Of a DNA stretch of 64,000 nucleotides, positions 1 through 11,753 are shown piece after piece. The position numbers were made by a program, and so were the translations under genes. Each line of letters begins with the position of its first letter. Position 1 is the first letter of the stretch. Where the stretch lies: the NCBI RefSeq assembly GCF_037042905.1, contig NC_087263.1, forward strand, positions 13,518,001 to 13,582,000. The letters are read 5' to 3'. This DNA comes from Lytechinus pictus (Eukaryota). The notes beneath the pieces are model-generated. The model did no database searches. It was not told the DNA's origin and saw only the letters and a program-made list of their open reading frames with translations.

Positions 1-2283
1 GATATTATCTCGGGTGTGCTTTATTCTCCAATAACTGATCACATGCCAATTTTTTTTTACAAGAAAGGAATTCTTAAGAATGATTCAGCCCAATATTACA
101 CTTCAAGGAAAATCAATGAATCAACGATCAATAGTTTTTTTGTTGAACTGTATAATGTTGACTGGAGTGAAGTACTAGCATGTATCGATGCTGACAAATC
201 CTATAATTTATTCATGAAAATGTTCATCAAACTTTATGATAAACATTTTCCTCGTCAACAACAAAAAAGGAGAAGAAGAAATAGAAAACCGTGGGTTACC
301 AACAAAATTTTAAGATTAATAAAAAAAAAGAATAAATGTTTCAAAATATTTTGCCAAACTAGACTTGCCAGTAACGAGAGAAAATTTAAAAAAATTAGAA
401 ATAAACTTATTAATATCATTCGTATATCTCGTCAAGAATATTACAAAAAAATATTATATATGAATCAGAGTAGTATAAAAAAGACATGGAAAACTATTAA
501 TGAGTTATTAGGTAAGAAGAAAAATCTAATCCCCAAAGTGTTTAAATGTAATCAAAAAATATATTCTCAACCATCTGAAATATCTGATGCATTCAATGAG
601 TATTTTGTAAATGTTGGAAAAAATATTAGTGATATGGTCCCACAATCTATTCATTCTTCTCACTTTTATTGTCGAACAAATGTGGTTGGTTCCTTCTTTT
701 TATCACCTGTACATATAAATGAATTGATTAATATTTGTAAATGCCTTAAAAGTAGTGCAAGTTGTGGAATTGATAACGTAAATTGTAAAGTTGTTAAGCG
801 TGTCATTTATGCCATTGCCTTGCCTTTAGCTCACGTATTTAATCCGTCTTTTGCAACTGGGAAAGTACCTTCAAAACTCAAAGAATCTAAAGTAATTCCC
901 GTTTTTAAGAAAGATGACCCCGATAAATTTGTAAATTATAGACCAATATCCCTCTTACCATGTTTCTCCAAATTGCTTGAACGACTAGTATATAATCGAT
1001 TACATAAGTTTTTAAACAGTAATGATATCTTAAGTGATTCTCAATACGGATTTCGACCCACTTATTCCTGTGAGCATGTTCTTTTAAAAGTTAAACAAAA
1101 AATAATGGATTCATTTATTGCTGACGAACATATAATTGGGGTCTTCTTAGATCTATCTAAAGCTTTCGATTCTATGGACCATTCATTACTTTTATTTAAA
1201 CTTAATCAATATGGAGTTCGAGGGATCGCGTTAGACTGGTTTAGGGATTATCTTTTAAATAGGGTTCAACATACATTTGTCCACGGTGTCTTATCTTCTT
1301 CATTAAATGTTTCCGTTGGGGTACCGCAAGGATCAATTTTAGGCCCCTTGTTATTTCTTTTATATATAAACGACCTTTGTAAATCATCTAATTTGTTAAC
1401 CTTTTATCAATTTGCTGATGACACAAGTATTTTTTATTCTTCTAAAGATTTAAATAATACCATCCACATCCTGAACAATGAACTCCAAAATGTTTCCGAC
1501 TGGTTGAAAGCAAATAAGTTGTCCCTGAATATCAATAAAACTAGATGCATCTATTTTAATAAAAATAAATCTTTAACACGAACCCATACTGACAAATCTA
1601 ATAATTATAATCCAATTGACAACGCTCATATTCACATTTATATCGACAATAAACGTATCGAATTAAGTAATTCCATTAACTTTTTAGGTGTCACATTGGA
1701 TAATCTTTTGAGTTTTAAGTACCATATGATAAATGTATTACATAAGATGAGCAGGAATACTGGTTTAATTTACAAACTTAAGCATAGTTTACTTCATAAA
1801 AATCTGATAACTCTATACCATTCCATAATTTTCCCTTATTTAAAATATTGCAATATTGTCTGGGCTACCAATGCTACCTCATATGAATTGGACTCAATAT
1901 TCAAAATTCAAAAGAAATGTTTAAGAATAATTACCAATTCCCATTACCTAGCACCATCCGCACCTTTATTTAAGAAATTGTCTTTACTTAATATATATGA
2001 TATTAATAAGCAAGAACTCGCAATATTTATGTATAAGTACAAGAAGAGGTTGTTACCCACTCCTTTTTCAGATCTTTTTCAATACAATAATCAAGTTCAT
2101 AATCATAATACCCGTTCTTCCAATAAATTTCATTTATGGTCTATCAAGTCTAGTCACGAAGCTAAATCATTGAGTTATGTAGGTCCCAAACAATGGAACG
2201 AGATTCCCCAAATAATAACTAATTCACAATTTATATCATCCTTTAGAAAACAGTACAAAAATTTTCTAGTAAATGATTATTAA
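1..2283 (+). CDS. LINE ORF2: end of APE endonuclease plus reverse transcriptase, 5'-partial, uninterrupted
   Basis: Frame open from base 1. Motifs: TDHMPIF (APE C-terminus), NYRPISLL, QYGFR, FLDLSKAFD, GVPQGSILGPLLFLLYINDL, FADDT, HNHNTR, WNEIP. Confidence 0.95.
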   Translation, partial: DIISGVLYSPITDHMPIFFYKKGILKNDSAQYYTSRKINESTINSFFVELYNVDWSEVLACIDADKSYNLFMKMFIKLYDKHFPRQQQKRRRRNRKPWVTNKILRLIKKKNKCFKIFCQTRLASNERKFKKIRNKLINIIRISRQEYYKKILYMNQSSIKKTWKTINELLGKKKNLIPKVFKCNQKIYSQPSEISDAFNEYFVNVGKNISDMVPQSIHSSHFYCRTNVVGSFFLSPVHINELINICKCLKSSASCGIDNVNCKVVKRVIYAIALPLAHVFNPSFATGKVPSKLKESKVIPVFKKDDPDKFVNYRPISLLPCFSKLLERLVYNRLHKFLNSNDILSDSQYGFRPTYSCEHVLLKVKQKIMDSFIADEHIIGVFLDLSKAFDSMDHSLLLFKLNQYGVRGIALDWFRDYLLNRVQHTFVHGVLSSSLNVSVGVPQGSILGPLLFLLYINDLCKSSNLLTFYQFADDTSIFYSSKDLNNTIHILNNELQNVSDWLKANKLSLNINKTRCIYFNKNKSLTRTHTDKSNNYNPIDNAHIHIYIDNKRIELSNSINFLGVTLDNLLSFKYHMINVLHKMSRNTGLIYKLKHSLLHKNLITLYHSIIFPYLKYCNIVWATNATSYELDSIFKIQKKCLRIITNSHYLAPSAPLFKKLSLLNIYDINKQELAIFMYKYKKRLLPTPFSDLFQYNNQVHNHNTRSSNKFHLWSIKSSHEAKSLSYVGPKQWNEIPQIITNSQFISSFRKQYKNFLVNDY

Positions 2284-2598
2284 TTTTCGCAGTTGATATC
2301 AATGCATTACTTGTACCATATCTACCCCCCCCCCCTCCTTCGATTCGTGTCTTTTTGTATTCTTTGTTGTTGTTTTTTTTCCTCCTTTTTCCTACATTGT
2401 ATTTACTATAATGATATGACATTCTGTTTTTTTTAATTCAATATTGTTGTCGTTTTACTATGTTTTGGCGATCCAGCCTTACAGGTTTCTTATAACCTTC
2501 ATGGAAAGCCACGCAATTTATTTTATTATCTAATCACATTATTTGATGTTTCTTTGTATTTTTATCTTATTTTGCGAAATAAAGATTGAACATTGAAC
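1..2598 (+). mobile_element. Non-LTR retrotransposon (CR1/L2 group, Crack/Daphne-like), 3' part; 5' end lies outside the window; inserted antisense in the R11 A-to-B intron
   Basis: RT ORF, then a ~300-bp 3' UTR, AATAAA at 2578-2583 and a short (ATTGAAC)n tail; array sequence (attttcaattatattc) resumes at 2599. Confidence 0.93.
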
Positions 2599-3022
2599 AT
2601 TTTCAATTATATTCATACACTTTTGTCAATCAGCAATATCAAATTGAAAAAAAAAATTCGAATGGGTTGGGTCGAACGAACGAATATCTTTAGCCGTCCT
2701 GTTGTAATTAGGCTCATGATACCACATGGGTTTCCTGCACGCCATCAACGGCCGAGTAGCTCGGCATGGGAGGATTACCATAATGCGCTCAAGTAGGCTG
2801 TGAGACATAGACATACTACTAAAATCGCTATAAGGGGTCTAATTTCACGAAATTTAGGAGGCACCTTTGGTGCGTGTTACGGGGCCCTCGCTCCCCCCCA
2901 CCTTAAACAATTTCTGGATCCGCCCCTTGATTATTCCATTTCCTTGAAAGTCCCAACAGTTTCCACAACGTGCAGGAACGAAAAAGCATAGCAATTGAAA
3001 CACTTCTTTTTATTTTACTTAC

Positions 3023-3217
3023 TCTCGCATTCGGGAAATGGTTCCGAGAAATGTCCAGTGCTTGTGCAGACCACAGATGATGGCCCAGTTAGCTTATGAC
3101 TAGTTTGACAAGAAAAATTGCATTCTTGACTGTAGTTTGCTGGAACTCCATTTTCACAGAAAGAAAGTAAGGGTACTTCTATCCCTGATACGTTGCACGT
3201 TACATTTTGGCCTACAA
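3023..3217 (-). CDS. R11 CCP exon A (LSFC variant); next exon expected left of the window
   Basis: 195 nt, AG/GTAAGT, open frame. Confidence 0.9.
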
Positions 3218-3450
3218 CTTATTTAAATAAAGAAAAGGAGAGCATCAACACATCATTCATCACTGACATTTGAAAATGCGTTTTGAAAGTACTTTCACTC
3301 CTACATGCTGATTCGTCTAAATAACATCAAACATATAGACCTATTCTTACTATTTTTGCGATGTTTAAAATGAAACGCCTACTGAAGCAAATTTACTATT
3401 CCAAGACGACAATTGCCACCTTTCGCGAACCTCAGGGACGGTAACATTAG

Positions 3451-3562
3451 GGTCCCGTGACACAAAGGTTAACACTTAATCGTACGACACTAGATTTTCA
3501 CAATTGATTGAACGTTGTAGTCAATAGAATCAATTGTAGAAAATTGTTTCTGTTACGGGCCC
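3451..3562. mobile_element. Small MITE (PIF/Harbinger-like), fixed in all units except R6
   Basis: Termini GGTCCCGTRACAC...TGTTACGGGCCC flanked on both sides by TAG (3-bp duplication). Confidence 0.65.
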
Positions 3563-4022
3563 TAGATCTGCGTTTCGTGTGCAAAATTCATTCATGCGAC
3601 ACCATGCATGCCTTTCGCAAGTTGTGAGATTAGAGAATCCCGTGCTTTCACATACATACAACTGGTCATGACAGCATGCCCGCCTGACCCTGGAATTGTA
3701 CTCCTGCCGCTGGGCTGGAGAAATGAGAAACACTTCGCGTACATGCCTACATGGTGTATTATGACATGAATAAGAAAATGGTATTTCAAACAAATTGAGT
3801 ACATATTAAGTGAGGAAAAATATTATTGAATTAAGGCGGACACCCACCCCTTAAAAACACTTAAAAGTACTCGAAAAGGTCAAGCGCGTACAAAGTTCCA
3901 CATTTTATTCTCATGCGTGTTGTTTCTTACGTATTGGTATGCATGTTACAAATGTAGTACTTTCAAGGGCGCAGGGTGGTTTGAGCATGGGGAGGTGGAA
4001 CTAAAGCGGTATGGGGGTGCAC

Positions 4023-4936
4023 CAGTGGCGTATCTAGGGCAAATGGCGCCCGCGGTAAGTGCTAAAATAGCGCCCCTTATATATTTCTACACTAAATAAA
4101 GACATGACAAGTCAAGGCATACTATTAATGCGAGTGCGAATATTTTTCAATATCAAGACGTTAAGATGGAATATTCTAAGTTAATTCTTTTTAAAATAAT
4201 ATAACATGATTCGTATTTAACTAAACAACGAATGCGAAGCGCGAGCTGAAAAATTTTAGAATTTAGACCTGAAATCGGAAAATTTTAGGGGGAAGTAATC
4301 CCACGATGCGTATCTAACTTAGCAATCAATGCAAGCACGAGGGTTCAGCTGAAATCCTTAAACTTGAAAGGAAAAAGGTTTAAGTACTATATGTACGAAT
4401 TCATGAAAGGGATCCGTATCTCATCAGCGTAATGCGAGCGCGAAGCGCGAGCTCATTTTTTTCATAACCTCACCTAAAAAGGGAAATTTTAATAATTGTT
4501 TGTAAAAGTCAATGAAGAGGATTTGTATTTCCAATATCAAATCAGAGCGTGATGAAAGCTTTGAATATTAAACAAGAAAAAAATTATATTTCAGAACTGT
4601 TTGTAAGAATTACTAAAGAGTAACGTATCAAAATGCACACCTGTAGCTAGAGATGAAAATTTATTATATTTGCTTTTGAAAAGGAATATTTTAAGGACAG
4701 TTTGTTAGAATTTCTGAGGAGAATAAGTATGTAACTAATCAAAAGTTGGCACAAATATTCATCCCTGAGTAAAGACATGTATTTTCTAAATGTGTTGAAA
4801 ACTAAATTACCATGGTAATACATTTATTCCTATGTTTTCTTTCTTCATTCTTGTGTTTTCTTTTTCTTTCTTTGCGTCCCCTGAAAGTGGCGCCTGGGGC
4901 AGGTGTCCCCCTTGTCCCCTGCTAGATACGCCACTG
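4023..4936. mobile_element. Non-autonomous DNA transposon (hAT-like termini), fixed in every unit (representative copy)
   Basis: Perfect 15-bp TIR CAGTGGCGTATCTAG...CTAGATACGCCACTG; internal aatgcgagcgcgaagcgcgagc subrepeats; target-site duplication not clean. Confidence 0.75.
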
Positions 4937-5086
4937 GCCGGTGCACATGTTGGGGAGGTGGAACTAAAGTTTGGAAAATCAGCTGTTGAAAGCAGAAGAA
5001 AGGTTACAAATTTAGTTTTGCTTGCCAGTGTCGGAGCTGCTCTACCAAAACAGGAAGGTGCACGTGTGATCAAGAAACTCCTGTGT

Positions 5087-5362
5087 GGAGCGTTTTGGCC
5101 CAGTGGATTATTCTCCAGACATTGGAATCGAGGGTCGTACGTTCGAATCCCAGCCAAGGTGTTATTTCCTTCAGCAAGATATTGATGGTCATTGTGCTGC
5201 ACTCAATTTAGGTAATGTTAATGGGTACACGGCACCGACTTATTTCTTGAAACGCTTGAGCGTGGAACAGTATACCTCTGCTTAAACAGGGTTAATTATG
5301 CTCCATTTATTGTCGAGCGCTTAGAGACATGATAATAGGCGCTATGTAATCGAGTACAATTA
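5087..5362 (+). mobile_element. tRNA-derived SINE, fixed in every unit (representative copy)
   Basis: A box TGGCCCAGTGG and B box GTTCGAATCCC; homologous to the better-preserved copy at 63164-63475. Confidence 0.85.
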
Positions 5363-5384
5363 ATACTAAATATTAAAAACTTAC

Positions 5385-5492
5385 CACCGTATGAAAGCTT
5401 TGGAACATAGAAGGGCGGGGGAGATGCATTGCAGTTACACGATTGTCCGTTACTGAAACACACACTTTCGTGGGGTGCTGTTATAAATATGT
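5385..5492 (-). CDS. R11 linker exon L
   Basis: 108 nt, AG/GTAAGT, open frame. Confidence 0.82.
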
Positions 5493-5572
5493 CTAAAAGG
5501 TAACAAGAATGGTGTGTTCTGGTTGATTATTTGATGTTTAATCGTTCATTTTATTGCTAAGATTGGGCAGTA

Positions 5573-5824
5573 CACTGTAACAAAATATTGGGTAAAATTT
5601 TAACCAGCACGAGGGTAATCATGTGTCCAACCAATTTTGGACAGTATTTTACCCAATGCAGGAAGCATATTGTCCAGTAACGTTAAACAATAAGCAACAA
5701 TTACTTTAGAATGGGCAAAATTTTAATCACACTGAATAGATAAAAATGCCCAAAACAAATTCCCAATGTTGGTTGGACCCATAATTACCCCCATGGAGCA
5801 TTTTTACACAATATTTTTAGAGTG
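5573..5824. mobile_element. MITE with TA target duplication, fixed in every unit (representative copy)
   Basis: TA|CACTGTAA.AAAATATTGGGTAAAA...TTTTTACACAATATTTTTAGAGTG|TA; long imperfect TIRs. Confidence 0.75.
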
Positions 5825-6678
5825 TACTGTATACATGGTATGAGCAGCCATAAACAACGTACCTCGTGAAACGAACAAAAACTTCAAATGATGAAAAGTT
5901 AACACCAAAGGGCATTAAAGGAGAAATATATTGATTATGAATATGGCCTTATTATATATTAGTGCAAAGGTAATGATGTGGGATTTATCATTTGGTCATT
6001 CAAAAATAACGAAAATAATACATAAGGTGGAAATCGCCAATTAAAAAGCGCTAAAATGCCTCTCCGAAATATGCCTCGCATCGGTCTCTGAATTGACTCG
6101 ATGACGTGTATGTGTGTACGAGAGACGTGATTGGTTCTCCCACGTCAAGCTCCACTTACAACTTATTGAACAAAAGAAAAGAAAAAGTTAACCACAAAAT
6201 GAAATATATTCCGTTAAAAAGACTGTTGTACTTTTCTTTTATTTTATAGTGATATTGATATCCAGTAGGCCTAGAAACTCTTAAATGCATTTTGTGTAGT
6301 GTTCGATTGTTCCTTTTCTTTGAAAGTCCCAATAGTCTCCCCGAGATGCAAGAACGTAGAAGGTAGTTTAGCAGTTGTAATACTTCATTCTATTTTACTT
6401 ATTCGGGCAAATACCAAACAAATATGTCATCAAATCAACTACAGATAAATAATAAAAGTTATACAATAGTAACAACAGCTTGTATGGAAATGACCGATCC
6501 ACTGAGGACTATTACGTAACTTCTATTTTCATATTAAGGTCTGGAGGAACTACTTGTTGGAAGTTGTGCATCCACTTCATTTGTTTGTGATATCTTCCCA
6601 ACGACCGCCCTCGGGATGCACGAATGTCAAGTTAAATTAATTTACACAGTTCATCTCACTTTATATTATTTCACTTAC

Positions 6679-6861
6679 CCTGACATTCGGGAAATGGTTC
6701 AGAGAAATATCCGTTGCTTGTGCAGTTAAGAGATGATGGCCCAATCAGTTCATAACCAGTTTGACAAGAAAAGGTGCATTCTTGACTGTAGATTACTGGA
6801 AATCCATTTTCACACGATGAAAGTAAGGGGTCTTCTATCGATGATACGTTGCATGTTACAA
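6679..6861 (-). CDS. R10 CCP exon B, VTCNVSSIEDPLLSSCENGFPVIYSQECTFSCQTGYELIGPSSLNCTSNGYFSEPFPECQ
   Basis: 183 nt, AG/GTAAGT, open frame. Confidence 0.9.
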
Positions 6862-7077
6862 CTTATTTAACAACAAAAAAGAAAGAAGTAATAAACAAAT
6901 ATATTCTGTCAAAAGAGTATTTGTTGTAAATTTCTTCTAATTATTGATATTGGAATATAGTAGGAACTCTTTAAGTGCATTATGTGAAGTGATTGAGCTG
7001 TTCCTTTTCTTTGATATTCCCGACAGCCCCCCCTCCCCCCACGCAAGAACGTAAAAGTTCGTTCAGGATTTGCACAT

Positions 7078-7504
7078 GGTGTCACGCGCGTAAATGGCAC
7101 TTTCGAAAAATTCTTTAAAAAATAAACGTAAAATTAGAGGGTCGAATGTTTACTACCAATGGAGAGGATATATATCTGACCAGGGAAGGGTATCGTAGCC
7201 AGCTCATTTTAAAAATCAATCGCCATTTATGAAGATAACTATGATGGGATCAAATTTATCAACTGAAACAGTAAAATAGCCCTAATTCTTTCGCCAGTCA
7301 AAAAATAGTTCCAAAGTCATTGATATATCTTCTCAATTTGGGCAAAAGAAGTTCAGTAGTTACCATTTCTATAATCAGTGTTAGATTTTCAATTATATTC
7401 ATACACTTTTGTCAATCAGCAATATCAAATTGAAAAACAAATTCGAACGGGTTGGGTCGAACGAATATCTTTAGCCGTCCTGTTGTAATTAGGCTCATGA
7501 TACC
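7078..7504. mobile_element. Non-autonomous DNA element with GGTGTCA termini and 4-bp TSD, resident in each A-to-B intron (representative copy)
   Basis: ACAT|GGTGTCACG...CATGATACC|ACAT; ends confirmed by an independent insertion of the same family at 17758-21812. Confidence 0.75.
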
Positions 7505-7804
7505 ACATGGGTTTCCTGCACGCCATCAACGGCCGAGTAGCTCGGCATGGGAGGATTACCATAATGCGTTCAAGTAGGCTGTGAGACATAGACATACTAC
7601 TAAAATCGCTATAAGGGATCTAATTTCACGAAATTTAGGAGGCACATTTGGTGCGTGTTACGGGGCCCTCGCTCCCCCCCCACCTTTAAAAATTTCTGGA
7701 TCCGCCCCTTGATTATCCAATTTCCTTGAAAGTCCCAACAGTTTCCACAACGTGCAGGAACGAAAAAGTATAGCAATTGAAACACTTCTTTTTATTTTAC
7801 TTAC

Positions 7805-7999
7805 TCTCGCATTCGGGAAATGGTTCCGAGAAATGTCCAGTGCTTGTGCAGACCACAGATGATGGCCCAGTTAGCTTATGACTAGTTTGACAAGAAAAAT
7901 TGCATTCTTGACTGTAGTTTGCTGGAACTCCATTTTCACAGGAAGAAAGTAAGGGTACTTCTATCCCTGATACGTTGCACGTTACATTTTGGCCTACAA
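7805..7999 (-). CDS. R10 CCP exon A
   Basis: 195 nt, AG/GTAAGT, open frame. Confidence 0.9.
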
Positions 8000-10166
8000 C
8001 TTATTTAAATAAAGAAAAGGAGAGCATCAACACATCATTCATCACTGACATTTGAAAATGCGTTTTGAAAGTACTTTCACTCCTACATGCTGATTCGTCT
8101 AAATAACATCAAACATATAGACCTATTCTTACTATTTTTGCGATGTTTAAAATGAAACGCCTACTGAAGCAAATTTACTATTCCAAGACGACAATTGCCA
8201 CCTTTCGCGAACCTCAGGGACGGTAACATTAGGGTCCCGTGACACAAAGGTTAACACTTAATCGTACGACACTAGATTTTCACAATTGATTGAACGTTGT
8301 AGTCAATAGAATCAATTGTAGAAAATTGTTTCTGTTACGGGCCCTAGATCTGCGTTTCGTGTGCAAAATTCATTCATGCGACACCATGCATGCCTTTCGC
8401 AAGTTGTGAGATTAGAGAATCCCGTGCTTTCACATACATACAACTGGTCATGACAGCATGCCCGCCTGACCCTGGAATTGTACTCCTGCCGCTGGGCTGG
8501 AGAAATGAGAAACACTTCGCGTACATGCCTACATGGTGTATTATGACATGAATAAGAAAATGGTATTTCAAACAAATTGAGTACATATTAAGTGAGGAAA
8601 AATATTATTGAATTAAGGCGGACACCCACCCCTTAAAAACACTTAAAAGTACTCGAAAAGGTCAAGCGCGTACAAAGTTCCACATTTTATTCTCATGCGT
8701 GTTGTTTCTTACGTATTGGTATGCATGTTACAAATGTAGTACTTTCAAGGGCGCAGGGTGGTTTGAGCATGGGGAGGTGGAACTAAAGCGGTATGGGGGT
8801 GCACCAGTGGCGTATCTAGGGCAAATGGCGCCCGCGGTAAGTGCTAAAATAGCGCCCCTTATATATTTCTACACTAAATAAAGACATGACAAGTCAAGGC
8901 ATACTATTAATGCGAGTGCGAATATTTTTCAATATCAAGACGTTAAGATGGAATATTCTAAGTTAATTCTTTTTAAAATAATATAACATGATTCGTATTT
9001 AACTAAACAACGAATGCGAAGCGCGAGCTGAAAAATTTTAGAATTTAGACCTGAAATCGGAAAATTTTAGGGGGAAGTAATCCCACGATGCGTATCTAAC
9101 TTAGCAATCAATGCAAGCACGAGGGTTCAGCTGAAATCCTTAAACTTGAAAGGAAAAAGGTTTAAGTACTATATGTACGAATTCATGAAAGGGATCCGTA
9201 TCTCATCAGCGTAATGCGAGCGCGAAGCGCGAGCTCATTTTTTTCATAACCTCACCTAAAAAGGGAAATTTTAATAATTGTTTGTAAAAGTCAATGAAGA
9301 GGATTTGTATTTCCAATATCAAATCAGAGCGTGATGAAAGCTTTGAATATTAAACAAGAAAAAAATTATATTTCAGAACTGTTTGTAAGAATTACTAAAG
9401 AGTAACGTATCAAAATGCACACCTGTAGCTAGAGATGAAAATTTATTATATTTGCTTTTGAAAAGGAATATTTTAAGGACAGTTTGTTAGAATTTCTGAG
9501 GAGAATAAGTATGTAACTAATCAAAAGTTGGCACAAATATTCATCCCTGAGTAAAGACATGTATTTTCTAAATGTGTTGAAAACTAAATTACCATGGTAA
9601 TACATTTATTCCTATGTTTTCTTTCTTCATTCTTGTGTTTTCTTTTTCTTTCTTTGCGTCCCCTGAAAGTGGCGCCTGGGGCAGGTGTCCCCCTTGTCCC
9701 CTGCTAGATACGCCACTGGCCGGTGCACATGTTGGGGAGGTGGAACTAAAGTTTGGAAAATCAGCTGTTGAAAGCAGAAGAAAGGTTACAAATTTAGTTT
9801 TGCTTGCCAGTGTCGGAGCTGCTCTACCAAAACAGGAAGGTGCACGTGCGATCAAGAAACTCCTGTGTGGAGCGTTTTGGCCCAGTGGATTATTCTCCAG
9901 ACATTGGAATCGAGGGTCGTACGTTCGAATCCCAGCCAAGGTGTTATTTCCTTCAGCAAGATATTGATGGTCATTGTGCTGCACTCAATTTAGGTAATGT
10001 TAATGGGTACACGGCACCGACTTATTTCTTGAAACGCTTGAGCGTGGAACAGTATACCTCTGCTTAAACAGGGTTAATTATGCTCCATTTATTGTCGAGC
10101 GCTTAGAGACATGATAATAGGCGCTATGTAATCGAGTACAATTAATACTAAATATTAAAAACTTAC

Positions 10167-10274
10167 CACCGTATGAAAGCTTTGGAACATAGAAGGGCGG
10201 GGGAGATGCATTGCAGTTACACGATTGTCCGTTACTGAAACACACACTTTCGTGGGGTGCTGTTATAAATATGT
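10167..10274 (-). CDS. R10 linker exon L
   Basis: 108 nt, AG/GTAAGT, open frame. Confidence 0.82.
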
Positions 10275-11305
10275 CTAAAAGGTAACAAGAATGGTGTGTT
10301 CTGGTTGATTATTTGATGTTTAATCGTTCATTTTATTGCTAAGATTGGGCAGTACACTGTAACAAAATATTGGGTAAAATTTTAACCAGCACGAGGGTAA
10401 TCATGTGTCCAACCAATTTTGGACAGTATTTTACCCAATGCAGGAAGCATATTGTCCAGTAACGTTAAACAATAAGCAACAATTACTTTAGAATGGGCAA
10501 AATTTTAATCACACTGAATAGATAAAAATGCCCAAAACAAATTCCCAATGTTGGTTGGACCCATAATTACCCCCATGGAGCATTTTTACACAATATTTTT
10601 AGAGTGTACTGTATACATGGTATGAGCAGCCATAAACAACGTACCTCGTGAAACGAACAAAAACTTCAAATGATGAAAAGTTAACACCAAAGGGCATTAA
10701 AGGAGAAATATATTGATTATGAATATGGCCTTATTATATATTAGTGCAAAGGTAATGATGTGGGATTTATCATTTGGTCATTCAAAAATAACGAAAATAA
10801 TACATAAGGTGGAAATCGCCAATTAAAAAGCGCTAAAATGCCTCTCCGAAATATGCCTCGCATCGGTCTCTGAATTGACTCGATGACGTGTATGTGTGTA
10901 CGAGAGACGTGATTGGTTCTCCCACGTCAAGCTCCACTTACAACTTATTGAACAAAAGAAAAGAAAAAGTTAACCACAAAATGAAATATATTCCGTTAAA
11001 AAGACTGTTGTACTTTTCTTTTATTTTATAGTGATATTGATATCCAGTAGGCCTAGAAACTCTTAAATGCATTTTGTGTAGTGTTCGATTGTTCCTTTTC
11101 TTTGAAAGTCCCAATAGTCTCCCCGAGATGCATGAACGTAGAAGGTAGTTTAGCAGTTGTAATACTTCATTCTATTTTACTTATTCGGGCAAATACCAAA
11201 CAAATATGTCATCAAATCAACTACAGATAAATAATAAAAGTTATACAATAGTAACAACAGCTTGTATGGAAATGACCGATCCACTGAGGACTATTACGTA
11301 ACTTC

Positions 11306-11593
11306 CAGGGGCGGATCCAGCTTTTTATAAAGGGGGGGGTTGGGGTGGTATGCGAGGGAGCGTAGCGACCGAGTCCAAGCGAGCGGAGCGAGCGAGGGGG
11401 GAGGGTGTGGGAGGGGGGTGTCCCCCCTCCCACAGTAGGGAAAATTTTTGACAATCTGTGTTTGAAAATGGCGTTTTCTAAAATTACAAGTTTTAAAAAA
11501 AAGATAAGATTTAAAAAAATGGTCCCCGGATTTTTTTTTTTTTGGGGGGGGGGGGTTGCAACCCCCCCAACCCCCCCTCTAGATCCGCTTCTG
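11306..11593. mobile_element. Unit-specific MITE with 5-bp TSD
   Basis: ACTTC|CAGGGGCGGATCCAG...CTAGATCCGCTTCTG|ACTTC; empty site cgtaacttctatt in other units. Confidence 0.92.
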
Positions 11594-11753
11594 ACTTCTA
11601 TTTTCATATTAAGGTCTGGAGGAACTACTTGTTGGAAGTTGTGCATCCACTTCATTTGTTTGTGATATCTTCCCAACGACCGCCCTCGGGATGCACGAAT
11701 GTCAAGTTAAATTAATTTATACAGTTCATCTCACTTTATATTATTTCACTTAC

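Noticed and set aside
3530..3804. Cys-rich ORF MFEIPFSYSCHNTPC... as a standalone small protein
   Set aside because: Non-ATG start, runs into a MITE, truncated or frameshifted in several units
5087..5160. tRNA genes in each unit and at 63400-63475
   Set aside because: tRNA-like heads continue into a SINE body and tail; no proper acceptor stem or terminator
4807..5285. Recurrent 117-131 aa ORFs on both strands (MQHNDHQY..., MFSFFIL...)
   Set aside because: They span a MITE end and SINE head, are frameshifted or interrupted in several units, and recur only because of the tandem array
6400..6450. Small exon after the ctgtag acceptor-like site in the B-to-L intron
   Set aside because: Donor is destroyed (ataagt) and the phase-1 frame runs into TAA
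11221..11676. 151-aa ORF and similar Lys/Gly/Pro-rich ORFs at 14902, 29300 and 43562
   Set aside because: Produced by homopolymer-rich MITE interiors
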